From positions 11,711-75,710 of the forward strand of contig CABZJY010000005.1 of the NCBI GenBank assembly GCA_902526175.1: DNA of 64,000 bases. The letters are read 5' to 3'. The position numbers and the translations under genes are program-made. Source of the DNA: an uncultured Alphaproteobacteria bacterium (lineage in GTDB: Bacteria; Pseudomonadota; Alphaproteobacteria; Methylaequorales; Methylaequoraceae). This document shows, one piece after another, positions 51,361-58,965 of the stretch; within the stretch, counting starts at the first letter, position 1, and each line of letters begins with the position of its first letter. Below the pieces are notes generated by a model. The model had not been told where the DNA came from and did no database searches. It worked only from the letters and a program-made list of their open reading frames with translations.

Positions 51361-52245
51361 CTATTGAACAGGAGCTCTTCCTCTTATAAGAGCTTCTGTA
51401 GTTCCCCCATCATCAGCTATTTTTCGTTTACCAGGACGCAAACTTAAAACTGGGATATTATGTTTATTTAAGATCATATCAATTTCTTTTTGATTGGTTT
51501 TAATAAATTTATTTAATTTTTTTTTCCAATCTGTTTCTCCATCTCTAACACCCATTGTAGTGTAATAGTCCATTTTACCCCATCCCTGATCTGTTGATTC
51601 TAAGGGGATAATTACATAGTCTGATTTACTAAGTCCATTTTTGGCTAAATAATGACTAGCAATGGGTCCAGACATATAAACTATATCAACCATACCATCA
51701 ATTAAATCTTCAATCATGGTTTCTCCGATAACAGCAACTCTTGGATCAAAGGTTAAGTTATAAGGTCTAACTTTGCTCATTAGGTTATATCGTTGTAATA
51801 AAAATGTTGGGGGGGTACCAGCCTGCGCACCTATTCTTAAATCAGCTAATTGAGGGTGGTCAGGTCTATCAACTTCAACACCAGTATCTTTTAAATAAAC
51901 CATAGAGTATGCCCATCTCATATAAGGAATTGTATTCAATACAAGATCATTGTTAGCAGTGATCCCAATTATGATATCGCACTTTTTCTTATTCAAAGTA
52001 CTTCTAACATATCCTATGACTTGAGGAAAATAGTCATATACCACAGGAATACCTAACTTTTTCCCAATAAGACTAGCAATTTCATTTTCATAACCTTGCT
52101 GCTTATCGTTAGAAAAAGGCATGTTGGCTGGATCCGCACATACTCTTAAGTTTTCAGTATCTACGGCTTCAATAGCAGATTCTCTAGCTTCTGATTTAAA
52201 ATATATTAAACTTATTGAAAGCAGAAATAAAAAAAATTTGTACAT
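51361..52245 (-). CDS. xoxJ: XoxJ/MxaJ-family periplasmic binding protein
   Basis: LRVCADPANMPFSN, GYENEIA, KCDIIIG, MGVRDGETDWK. Confidence 0.9.
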   Translation of the reverse strand: MYKFFLFLLSISLIYFKSEARESAIEAVDTENLRVCADPANMPFSNDKQQGYENEIASLIGKKLGIPVVYDYFPQVIGYVRSTLNKKKCDIIIGITANNDLVLNTIPYMRWAYSMVYLKDTGVEVDRPDHPQLADLRIGAQAGTPPTFLLQRYNLMSKVRPYNLTFDPRVAVIGETMIEDLIDGMVDIVYMSGPIASHYLAKNGLSKSDYVIIPLESTDQGWGKMDYYTTMGVRDGETDWKKKLNKFIKTNQKEIDMILNKHNIPVLSLRPGKRKIADDGGTTEALIRGRAPVQ

Positions 52246-52260
52246 TCAATAATCTTATAA

Positions 52261-52890
52261 TTATTCAGCTTCTTTAAACTTAGGTAATTTAGGTAATCTT
52301 ACTCCGCGTCTAATTTTACCGTCGGCTCTTGCTTTCACATAACGATACATATCCTCAACATGAGGAGCAACGTTAGTGTTAGCGCCAAATGCAGGCATAA
52401 CATTTCCTGCTACGGCTCCTTCAGCCTCACCTCTACCATTCATAATAACAGCATAGAAATCGTCAAAAGATAATCCTTGTTGTAATGAAACCATTAGTGA
52501 GGGTGCGTAAGTACTTCCCATTGCGTCTGGACCATGACATACATGGCATTCTGCATGATAAGCTCTCCAACCTTTATAAGTTGAAAAATCCATCCAACCA
52601 TACTGCTCTTCAACTAGAGATGCATCATCTCTGCATGCATCTAGCTTTTCTTCACTTACCTGGTCGACGGCCTTACCATCACACAATATTTGTATCATAT
52701 TAAGTGGTTTGTTGGTAGATGGGTCTATTCTATCTCCCTTTCCATATTTTATAACATAGGTTGGGTTATCATTTTCGTCCCAGGCTGGTTCAACAGCATC
52801 TGGTCTAGGCACAGAATGAACTTGAAAGCCTAATGACAAAGTAATTACAAAAGCTAAAAAATTTTTGTTTATATTCATTATATTCCTCAC
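52261..52890 (-). CDS. xoxG: c-type cytochrome, XoxF electron acceptor (XoxG / c553i-like)
   Basis: YKGWRAYHAECHVCHGPDAMGSTYAPSL, VMPAFG, YVKARADG; between xoxF and xoxJ. Confidence 0.85.
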   Translation of the reverse strand: MRNIMNINKNFLAFVITLSLGFQVHSVPRPDAVEPAWDENDNPTYVIKYGKGDRIDPSTNKPLNMIQILCDGKAVDQVSEEKLDACRDDASLVEEQYGWMDFSTYKGWRAYHAECHVCHGPDAMGSTYAPSLMVSLQQGLSFDDFYAVIMNGRGEAEGAVAGNVMPAFGANTNVAPHVEDMYRYVKARADGKIRRGVRLPKLPKFKEAE

Positions 52891-52976
52891 TAATTCTCCA
52901 TATCAATAGATAATATTCTTAATATTAATAATATTGTATTTCTTAATTAAATCTCAACTCTTTTTTTATTTTTTCC

Positions 52977-53008
52977 AAAAAAAAAGCCCGACATTTGCCG
53001 GGCTTTTT
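52977..53008 (-). terminator. Rho-independent terminator after xoxF
   Basis: Minus strand AAAAAGCCCG-GC-AAAU-GU-CGGGCUUUUUUUUU, including a G-U pair valid only on that strand. Confidence 0.88.
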
Positions 53009-53031
53009 TGCAGTTAAAACTTATCTTGCTA

Positions 53032-54864
53032 CTACGGTAGAGCGAAGACAGTTAATACACCACCAAGGTTTGTGTGGTTGTGTAGTGCAGAGTATGCACC
53101 CACAGCACCTAAACCTGCAGTTGGGTCAGTAAGACCAGCAGCTAGACCAATTCCGGCCCATCCACCAACACCTGATAAGATACCAACATATTGCTTACCT
53201 TTGTGTTCGTAAGCCATGAAGTTACCAATAATACCAGAAGGTGTTTTGAACGAGAATAGTTCTTTACCTGTTTTACTGTCAACAGCTTTAGCATAACCTT
53301 CTAATGTTCCATAGAATGTAATACCACCGGCAGTTGCCATAGCACCACTCCATACAGAGAATGGCTCTGGGTTAGACCATACGATCTTACCTTTATCAGC
53401 ATCCCATGCAATGAAGTTACCTAGGTGAGTTCCGCCTGGAGCTGGGTACATTGATAATGTAGCACCAACATAAGCGTTACCAGCAACGTAGTCTACCTTG
53501 AATGGCTCATAGTCCATACAAACGTGGTTTGTTGGTACCATGAATAAACCAGATAGTCTATCGTAAGCAGCAGGCTGTTGGTCCTTAGTACCTAGAGCCG
53601 CTGGGCAGATGTTAGTTGTATTAACATCTTCACCTTGGTGAGCTGTTGAATATCTGTCAACAACTTGTGGACGACCAGTTTTCATATCAACGTGTGTTGC
53701 CCAGTTCACAGCTGGATCGTACTTCTCAGCTACTAATAGCTCACCAGAAGCTCTATCCATTGTGTAAGCAAAACCGTTACGGTCGAAGTGTACAAGAGCC
53801 TTACGGTTCTTGCCTTTTACTTTCATGTCAACAAGAATCATCTCGTTAACTCCGTCGTAATCCCACTCATCATATGGAGTCATCTGATATAACCATTTAG
53901 CCATACCATTGTCTGGGTTACGAGCGTTAATTGTCATAGACCATTTGTTGTCACCAGGACGAACAACTGGGTTCCATGTTGATGGGTTACCTGTACCGTA
54001 GTACAAAGTGTTTAATTTAGAGTCATAACCGTAGAAACCCCAAATTGAACCACCACCAATTTTCCATGCATCACCAGGCCAAGTTTTCAAGCTTGAATCT
54101 TTGCCTACAGGCTTAAGCATAGATGTAGTTTTACTAGGATCAACTAACATATCGGCATCAGGGCCCATACTGTAAGCTCTCCATAGTCTTTTACCAGTTT
54201 TGATGTCATACTGTGTCCAGTTACATCTAACACCGAACTCAGCACCAGAACATCCTACACCAACCATATCTTTAATGATGAATGGCTGACCTGAACCAGT
54301 AGATGCAGAAACACCATATTTACCAGTACCAGAGTGAAGGTTAGTTGTAACCCACTTCTCTTTACCAGTTTTAGCGTCTAATGCAATTACTGAAGTATCA
54401 GCAGCGTGTAGAACGATTGTACCATTTGGATGGTAGTTAACACCACGGTTTACGTTGTCACAGCACATAACTGAGATAACTCTGTCCATAGTCTCACCAC
54501 CTGGATACTTACCACCCTTAACTGGGTTGTACTTCCACATGATCCTTTGGTTGTCATTAAGATCTAAAGCGTACACAATGTTAGGAATCGCAGTGTGAAC
54601 ATACATTACGTCTCCGATTACAAGTGGACCACCTTCGTGACCTCTAAGTACACCAGTAGAAAAAGTCCAAGCGACTTTTAAGCTACCAACATTACTTTTA
54701 TTGATTTGATCCAATTCAGAGTAACGGTGTCCGGCATAGTCACCTGACTGCTGTACCCACTGTGATGGATCTTTCATCATCTTCTCAAGTTTAGCGTTAG
54801 CAGATACTAGACCTGGTAATGCTAATGCAGCAGAAGCGATGAGGGTTTTTTTTAAAATACTCAT
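53032..54864 (-). CDS. xoxF: Lanthanide-dependent PQQ methanol dehydrogenase XoxF (XoxF5-like)
   Basis: [30 protein letters not shown] with the extra Ln-ligand Asp, [12 protein letters not shown]; ATG at 54864 with signal peptide preferred over GTG at 54906. Confidence 0.96.
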   Translation of the reverse strand: MSILKKTLIASAALALPGLVSANAKLEKMMKDPSQWVQQSGDYAGHRYSELDQINKSNVGSLKVAWTFSTGVLRGHEGGPLVIGDVMYVHTAIPNIVYALDLNDNQRIMWKYNPVKGGKYPGGETMDRVISVMCCDNVNRGVNYHPNGTIVLHAADTSVIALDAKTGKEKWVTTNLHSGTGKYGVSASTGSGQPFIIKDMVGVGCSGAEFGVRCNWTQYDIKTGKRLWRAYSMGPDADMLVDPSKTTSMLKPVGKDSSLKTWPGDAWKIGGGSIWGFYGYDSKLNTLYYGTGNPSTWNPVVRPGDNKWSMTINARNPDNGMAKWLYQMTPYDEWDYDGVNEMILVDMKVKGKNRKALVHFDRNGFAYTMDRASGELLVAEKYDPAVNWATHVDMKTGRPQVVDRYSTAHQGEDVNTTNICPAALGTKDQQPAAYDRLSGLFMVPTNHVCMDYEPFKVDYVAGNAYVGATLSMYPAPGGTHLGNFIAWDADKGKIVWSNPEPFSVWSGAMATAGGITFYGTLEGYAKAVDSKTGKELFSFKTPSGIIGNFMAYEHKGKQYVGILSGVGGWAGIGLAAGLTDPTAGLGAVGAYSALHNHTNLGGVLTVFALP

Positions 54865-54999
54865 AGAATATTTTTCCCTTTTATTTGAGTTAATAATAAA
54901 GCGCACAAATGTACGCTCGATTTGATTTGAAGTACATCAAAACCTAACAAAATTTAATGTGTTAGTTGATTCCTCCCAAAAAGACTTTCGTCTTTTGAT
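54865..54999 (-). ncRNA. Candidate structured 5' leader of xoxF
   Basis: Three hairpins at 54979-54996 (GAAA loop), 54936-54970 and 54899-54918 (two G-U pairs on the sense strand), plus an internal GGGAGGA. Confidence 0.4.
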
Positions 55000-55034
55000 T
55001 ATATATTATAATTAAAATTGTCAATTTCAAGCAA
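54998..55034 (-). promoter_or_regulatory. Putative sigma70 promoter(s) of xoxF
   Basis: Minus strand TTGCTT-N18-TATAAT (55034-55005) or TTGACA-N15-TATAAT (55024-54998). Confidence 0.5.
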
Positions 55035-55048
55035 AAAATGAATGCAGG

Positions 55049-55076
55049 ATGAACAAAATATACACAATTTGTTCAT
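55049..55076. promoter_or_regulatory. Inverted repeat, candidate transcription-factor operator
   Basis: ATGAACAAA-N10-TTTGTTCAT, perfect 9-bp arms just upstream of the xoxF -35. Confidence 0.45.
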
Positions 55077-55203
55077 TTAAGCCAGTAAATGTAGAAAATT
55101 CAGATACTTACGTTGTAAAAAAAAGTTGTGGATAACTATTCGAGACGTATATTTTTTATATTTGGTATATCAATGTTAAATTTCAACCAATTTTATTGAA
55201 ATA

Positions 55204-55231
55204 TTGAAATTTTTTTTTTAAGTCATATAAT
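55204..55231 (+). promoter_or_regulatory. Putative sigma70 promoter of the SoxYZ-like gene
   Basis: TTGAAA-N16-TATAAT, 26 nt before the ATG. Confidence 0.5.
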
Positions 55232-55257
55232 CTAATTTGATCTAGGCGGTAAATATT

Positions 55258-56082
55258 ATGAGACATAATCATATCAATTATCTAATACTACTTTTATTTG
55301 TTGTCTTCTTCTTTAAGGTTGTAGATGCAGATGATCAATTACCTCCTCAAACAACATGGCAAACTAGTCTCAAGGATATGGTTTTTGGTAACGATGAAAT
55401 TTTTGATGGAAAAGATATTATTTCCCTCGAAACACCTTATCGAGCTTTGGATGCCGCAATAGTTCCAATTAAAGTGAAATTTAACAAAATTCAAGATAAA
55501 AACCTTTATGTTAAACATATAACAGTTGTTGTTGATGAGAACCCATCTCCTGTTGTAGGTAAATTTTCTACTTTTTTGAAAACTGGAAGCGCAGATATTT
55601 CAACAAGAGTAAGAGTTGATAAATATACATATGTTAGAGCAATAGCTGAAATGAGTGATGGTAAGAAATATATGGTGCAAAATTTTGTCAAAGCAGCTGG
55701 TGGATGCTCAGCTCCAAGTCTTGCTGATATGGATACAGTGATGACCAGACTAGGCAAAATGAAAATGAAGTTTCTTCATACAGGCTTAAAAGGAGAGGTG
55801 AATAAGGCAAAATTAGTAATAAGCCATCCAAATTTCTCTGGTTTACAGTTCAATCAACTCACGAGAACTGAGATTCCGGCACATTTTGTTGATTCAGTTT
55901 CAATAACTCAAGATGAAAGTAAAATTCTTGAAGTTACACCAGATATATCTTTATCCGAAGACCCAAACATTACATTTCATTATATGAATTCTGGCGGTCC
56001 TTTAAATGTTATCGTAACAGATAGCGATGGCGGAAAATTTACAAAAAGCTGGCCTGTTAATCAATTAATTAGTAAGAATTAA
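55258..56082 (+). CDS. Quinoprotein dehydrogenase-associated fused SoxYZ-like carrier protein
   Basis: Signal peptide; PYRALDAAIVP, DENPSP, TRVRVDKYT, VKAAGGCSAP, HPNFSGLQ, SLSEDP. Confidence 0.88.
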   Translation: MRHNHINYLILLLFVVFFFKVVDADDQLPPQTTWQTSLKDMVFGNDEIFDGKDIISLETPYRALDAAIVPIKVKFNKIQDKNLYVKHITVVVDENPSPVVGKFSTFLKTGSADISTRVRVDKYTYVRAIAEMSDGKKYMVQNFVKAAGGCSAPSLADMDTVMTRLGKMKMKFLHTGLKGEVNKAKLVISHPNFSGLQFNQLTRTEIPAHFVDSVSITQDESKILEVTPDISLSEDPNITFHYMNSGGPLNVIVTDSDGGKFTKSWPVNQLISKN

Positions 56083-56420
56083 AAACATTCGAGCTCAGAA
56101 GCTGCTTGTGCTCTGAATAATTTATCCATTTTTTCTTTTGATAATCCAACACTTTTAAAAGCTTCTTCCCTTGGACTAGCACCTTCCCAGAGTCGCGCAA
56201 TCGCTTCAGCTTGGGCATATTCTTTGAAGGAAATTCTTTTGGCAATCTCATCAACTGCACACGAACACTTAGCCATAAAATCCCGGTTATTTGCATTAGA
56301 ACTCATACAAGCAAATACAAATTCAGAACGCGCGTAAGTTGGAAAATCATTCACTTTTGTTGATATATTATCGTATCTAAATACCAAAAAAATTAAAGTT
56401 AAAAACATTATTTTTTTCAT
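56079..56420 (-). CDS. Small exported four-Cys protein of xox clusters
   Basis: NDFPTYARSEFVFACM...KCSCAVD...AQAASELECF. Confidence 0.7.
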   Translation of the reverse strand: MKKIMFLTLIFLVFRYDNISTKVNDFPTYARSEFVFACMSSNANNRDFMAKCSCAVDEIAKRISFKEYAQAEAIARLWEGASPREEAFKSVGLSKEKMDKLFRAQAASELECF

Positions 56421-57250
56421 GACTTATCACCACTATCCTTTCTTTTTTTATAAATTTCTCTTAATTCTTTGTTAGTTTTAATACCCTGAAAAGTAAGTGT
56501 TTCTCTAACTATATCATTTGCCTTTTGTGTATCTTTAGTAAAGGTTTCAATCTTATATATATAACCTGGAATTTTATTAGACATCGTGACTCTAAATTCT
56601 TTTGTTTTATATCTATTTACCCTGTTTTTAAGCTTTGTTTTAGTAAAAGGCTTAAAGGTAATTTCTTGTGCTGAAATATTTTCACCTTTAAAATTTAATG
56701 AAATATCTTTAGTCTCAGTTGCAGCAATTGCGTGTCTGATTCTGCTCCTAAAGAAGAGGGCATTTCCACCTGTTAATCGTTGCATATCTCTTGCATCTCT
56801 TTCAAAAAATAACATAAAGACCGGATTTCCTTTAGCTCCAATTTGTGGTGGAAACCTTACCTTATTTCTTCCTTTGAGATATCTAAAAGTAATATATTTC
56901 TTTTTTTCTTCATCAATCTTTACAATATTTAAAACAACATTACCAACAAAGTTATCTTCAAGTGTAGAAAATTTTTCAAATTTATAAAAAATTCTTGATG
57001 GTTCAGTAATTTCAGATAGATGCTCATCAATAAAAAGACTAACATTTGCACTAGACATTTCATCAATTAAACTTTGCTTATGTTCTTCTGTCCCCCATTT
57101 TGATCTTTTTTCTTCTGCATCAATTGCATCAGAAAAATCGACATTTGAATCAAGATCCTGTGAATGTAAATCTCCACACAAAAGAAATACGATGTTCAAA
57201 GATAAGATTAGCCCAAAAAAGTTTTTTATTGTTACGTTTATTAATTTCAT
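56417..57250 (-). CDS. Exported hypothetical protein of methylotrophy clusters
   Basis: Signal peptide; GNPVFMLFFERD.RDMQRLTGG...FFRSRIRHA; IPGYIY. Confidence 0.6.
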   Translation of the reverse strand: MKLINVTIKNFFGLILSLNIVFLLCGDLHSQDLDSNVDFSDAIDAEEKRSKWGTEEHKQSLIDEMSSANVSLFIDEHLSEITEPSRIFYKFEKFSTLEDNFVGNVVLNIVKIDEEKKKYITFRYLKGRNKVRFPPQIGAKGNPVFMLFFERDARDMQRLTGGNALFFRSRIRHAIAATETKDISLNFKGENISAQEITFKPFTKTKLKNRVNRYKTKEFRVTMSNKIPGYIYKIETFTKDTQKANDIVRETLTFQGIKTNKELREIYKKRKDSGDKS

Positions 57251-57303
57251 GATATGTTTATGGGCATTTTTTTATAAATTTGCAATAATTAATTTAAAAC
57301 GAT

Positions 57304-57792
57304 ATGAGTTCAAAAAAAAAATATTACAACTTACTGTCCTCTGGATCATATGTACCAGAAGGCAAAAATTCAAAAAATGTAAATAGTGAAGATGAATATA
57401 AAATATTTATTAAAAATTTAACTCTAGATGCATTTATAGGTATTCATCCTCATGAGAAAAAATCGAGGCAGAAAATTTCCATAGATATTGAGTTAACAGC
57501 TCCTGACAATTTCAAAAATATAAAAGATAACATTAAAAATGTTGTTTCATATGAACAAATTGTACATGAAATTAAAGAAATATTTAAAAAAGGGCATATT
57601 GGACTTTTAGAAACTCTCTCAGAACAGATCTCAGATGTTTGTTTAAAGGATGATAGGGTCCTTGACGCAAAAATCAAAATTAACAAGCTTGAAGTATTCT
57701 CAGAAACAGAAAGTGTTGGCATTCAGATTTATAGAAAACAAAATAAGATAAAATATACAAATAACAAAAAAGTCTTAAAATTAAAAAAATAA
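57304..57792 (+). CDS. folB: Dihydroneopterin aldolase
   Basis: FIGIHPHEK, SYEQI, LLETL, KLEVF....SVGI. Confidence 0.85.
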   Translation: MSSKKKYYNLLSSGSYVPEGKNSKNVNSEDEYKIFIKNLTLDAFIGIHPHEKKSRQKISIDIELTAPDNFKNIKDNIKNVVSYEQIVHEIKEIFKKGHIGLLETLSEQISDVCLKDDRVLDAKIKINKLEVFSETESVGIQIYRKQNKIKYTNNKKVLKLKK

Positions 57793-57799
57793 TTTTTTT

Positions 57800-58426
57800 A
57801 TGTGGATTGTTAAACTTGGTGGAAGCTGGGTTTCAAATCCAGAGCTTCTAAAATTGATTGATAAATTATATAATTACAGAAATGAGCCTATTGTTCTTGT
57901 TGTTGGTGGGGGAAAATTTGTTGATGCGATTAGGTTTGCTCATGAAAAAATAAATTTTGATGAAGGCTTAGCTCATAAACTTTCAGTAAAATCAACTGAA
58001 ATTTATGCAAAAATACTAAAAAATATTGCATCAAAAAAAATTTCATTTGTTAAACGTTTTTCCGAAATCAATTCAAAAAAAAAACTGGAGATTTTTTTAC
58101 CCGATAAAGAGCTTATTAAAGATAAACTATTAGAGAAAAATTGGGAGAGTACATCGGATTCAATAGCATGTTGGTTAGCTAGAAAAATTAAAGGTAAAGG
58201 GGTAATTTTTATTAAGTCTGTATCATTTGAAAATCAGATAGCATCTTCGCTAGATTACTTGCAAAAAAAAGGAATACTAGATAAAAATATAAATTACCAT
58301 CTCAACACCAATATCAGGTTAAAAGTTGTAGGACCTGAAATCTTGTGTAAGATAGAAAAGTTTAAAACTTGGAATAAAATAATTAATTCCTTTACAAAAA
58401 TTGAATGGAAAAAAAAAATAAAATAA
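57800..58426 (+). CDS. Amino-acid-kinase family Orf21 (MfnE-like, methylofuran biosynthesis)
   Basis: VKLGGS, VGGG.FVD.IR, LAH, W..TSDSIACWLA. Confidence 0.8.
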   Translation: MWIVKLGGSWVSNPELLKLIDKLYNYRNEPIVLVVGGGKFVDAIRFAHEKINFDEGLAHKLSVKSTEIYAKILKNIASKKISFVKRFSEINSKKKLEIFLPDKELIKDKLLEKNWESTSDSIACWLARKIKGKGVIFIKSVSFENQIASSLDYLQKKGILDKNINYHLNTNIRLKVVGPEILCKIEKFKTWNKIINSFTKIEWKKKIK

Positions 58427-58965
58427 AAAAAAAGTGGGCTTGGGTTCTAACTGGCTCTGGACATTTTTTTAATGAATCTATAACAATAATTAAAAAGTTA
58501 AAAGAAATTGATTTGTTTGTTTCAAAAGCTGCAGAAGAAGTTCTTGTTATGTATAAAAAAAAAGGAGAACTACCAAAGTCAATAAAGATTTTTAAAGACA
58601 ATACTGCAAGCTCGGTTCCTGTGGGACAATTTTACAGAGGAATTTATCATACTTTAATAATGGCACCTACCTCAAGTAACACGGTTGCAAAATGTGTTTA
58701 TGGCATATCAGACAATTTAGCTACAAACGTGTTTGCTCAATCTGGAAAATGTAGGGTAGAATGTATTTATTTTCCTTGTGATACTGCTCCTGAGCTTGTT
58801 ACACGTTCACCGAAAGGTTTTGTAGATGTTTATCCAAGAAAAGTAGATCTTCAAAATGTTGAAAAGTTAAAAAAATTTGAAAAAACTACTGTTGTTTTGT
58901 CAATCCAAGAGTTAGAAAAACATATTGAAAAAAGAAAAATATGGCTGAAAAAATACTATTTCTAA
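58405..58965 (+). CDS. dmrB: Dihydromethanopterin reductase DmrB (AfpA flavoprotein family)
   Basis: WAWVLTGSGH, LFVSKAAEEVL, DNTASSVPVG, APTSSNTVAKC..GISD.L.TN.FAQ.GK. Confidence 0.85.
   Translation: MEKKNKIKKKWAWVLTGSGHFFNESITIIKKLKEIDLFVSKAAEEVLVMYKKKGELPKSIKIFKDNTASSVPVGQFYRGIYHTLIMAPTSSNTVAKCVYGISDNLATNVFAQSGKCRVECIYFPCDTAPELVTRSPKGFVDVYPRKVDLQNVEKLKKFEKTTVVLSIQELEKHIEKRKIWLKKYYF

Noticed and set aside
51372-51396. Inverted repeat AGCTCTT-N8-AAGAGCT near the paz/xoxJ junction as a terminator
   Set aside because: Lies inside xoxJ coding sequence, short stem, no U-tract on either strand
53032-54864. Calling the dehydrogenase MxaF or ExaF/PedH
   Set aside because: D-Y-D motif and no mxaI rule out MxaF; the CPAALG.KDQQP and C-terminal [12 protein letters not shown] segments plus xoxG-xoxJ context fit XoxF
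55058-55135. Perfect DnaA box TGTGGATAA (55127-35) and a one-mismatch box (55058-66) near an AT-rich stretch, suggesting oriC
   Set aside because: Only one perfect box, roughly what chance gives in 64 kb; no usual origin-flanking genes (hemE, dnaA, parAB); the spacer is explained by two divergent promoters
42545-57250. Lanmodulin or LanD EF-hand lanthanide-binding protein
   Set aside because: No D-x-D-x-D-G-x-[IL]-x-x-x-E repeat found in the translated ORFs of the cluster
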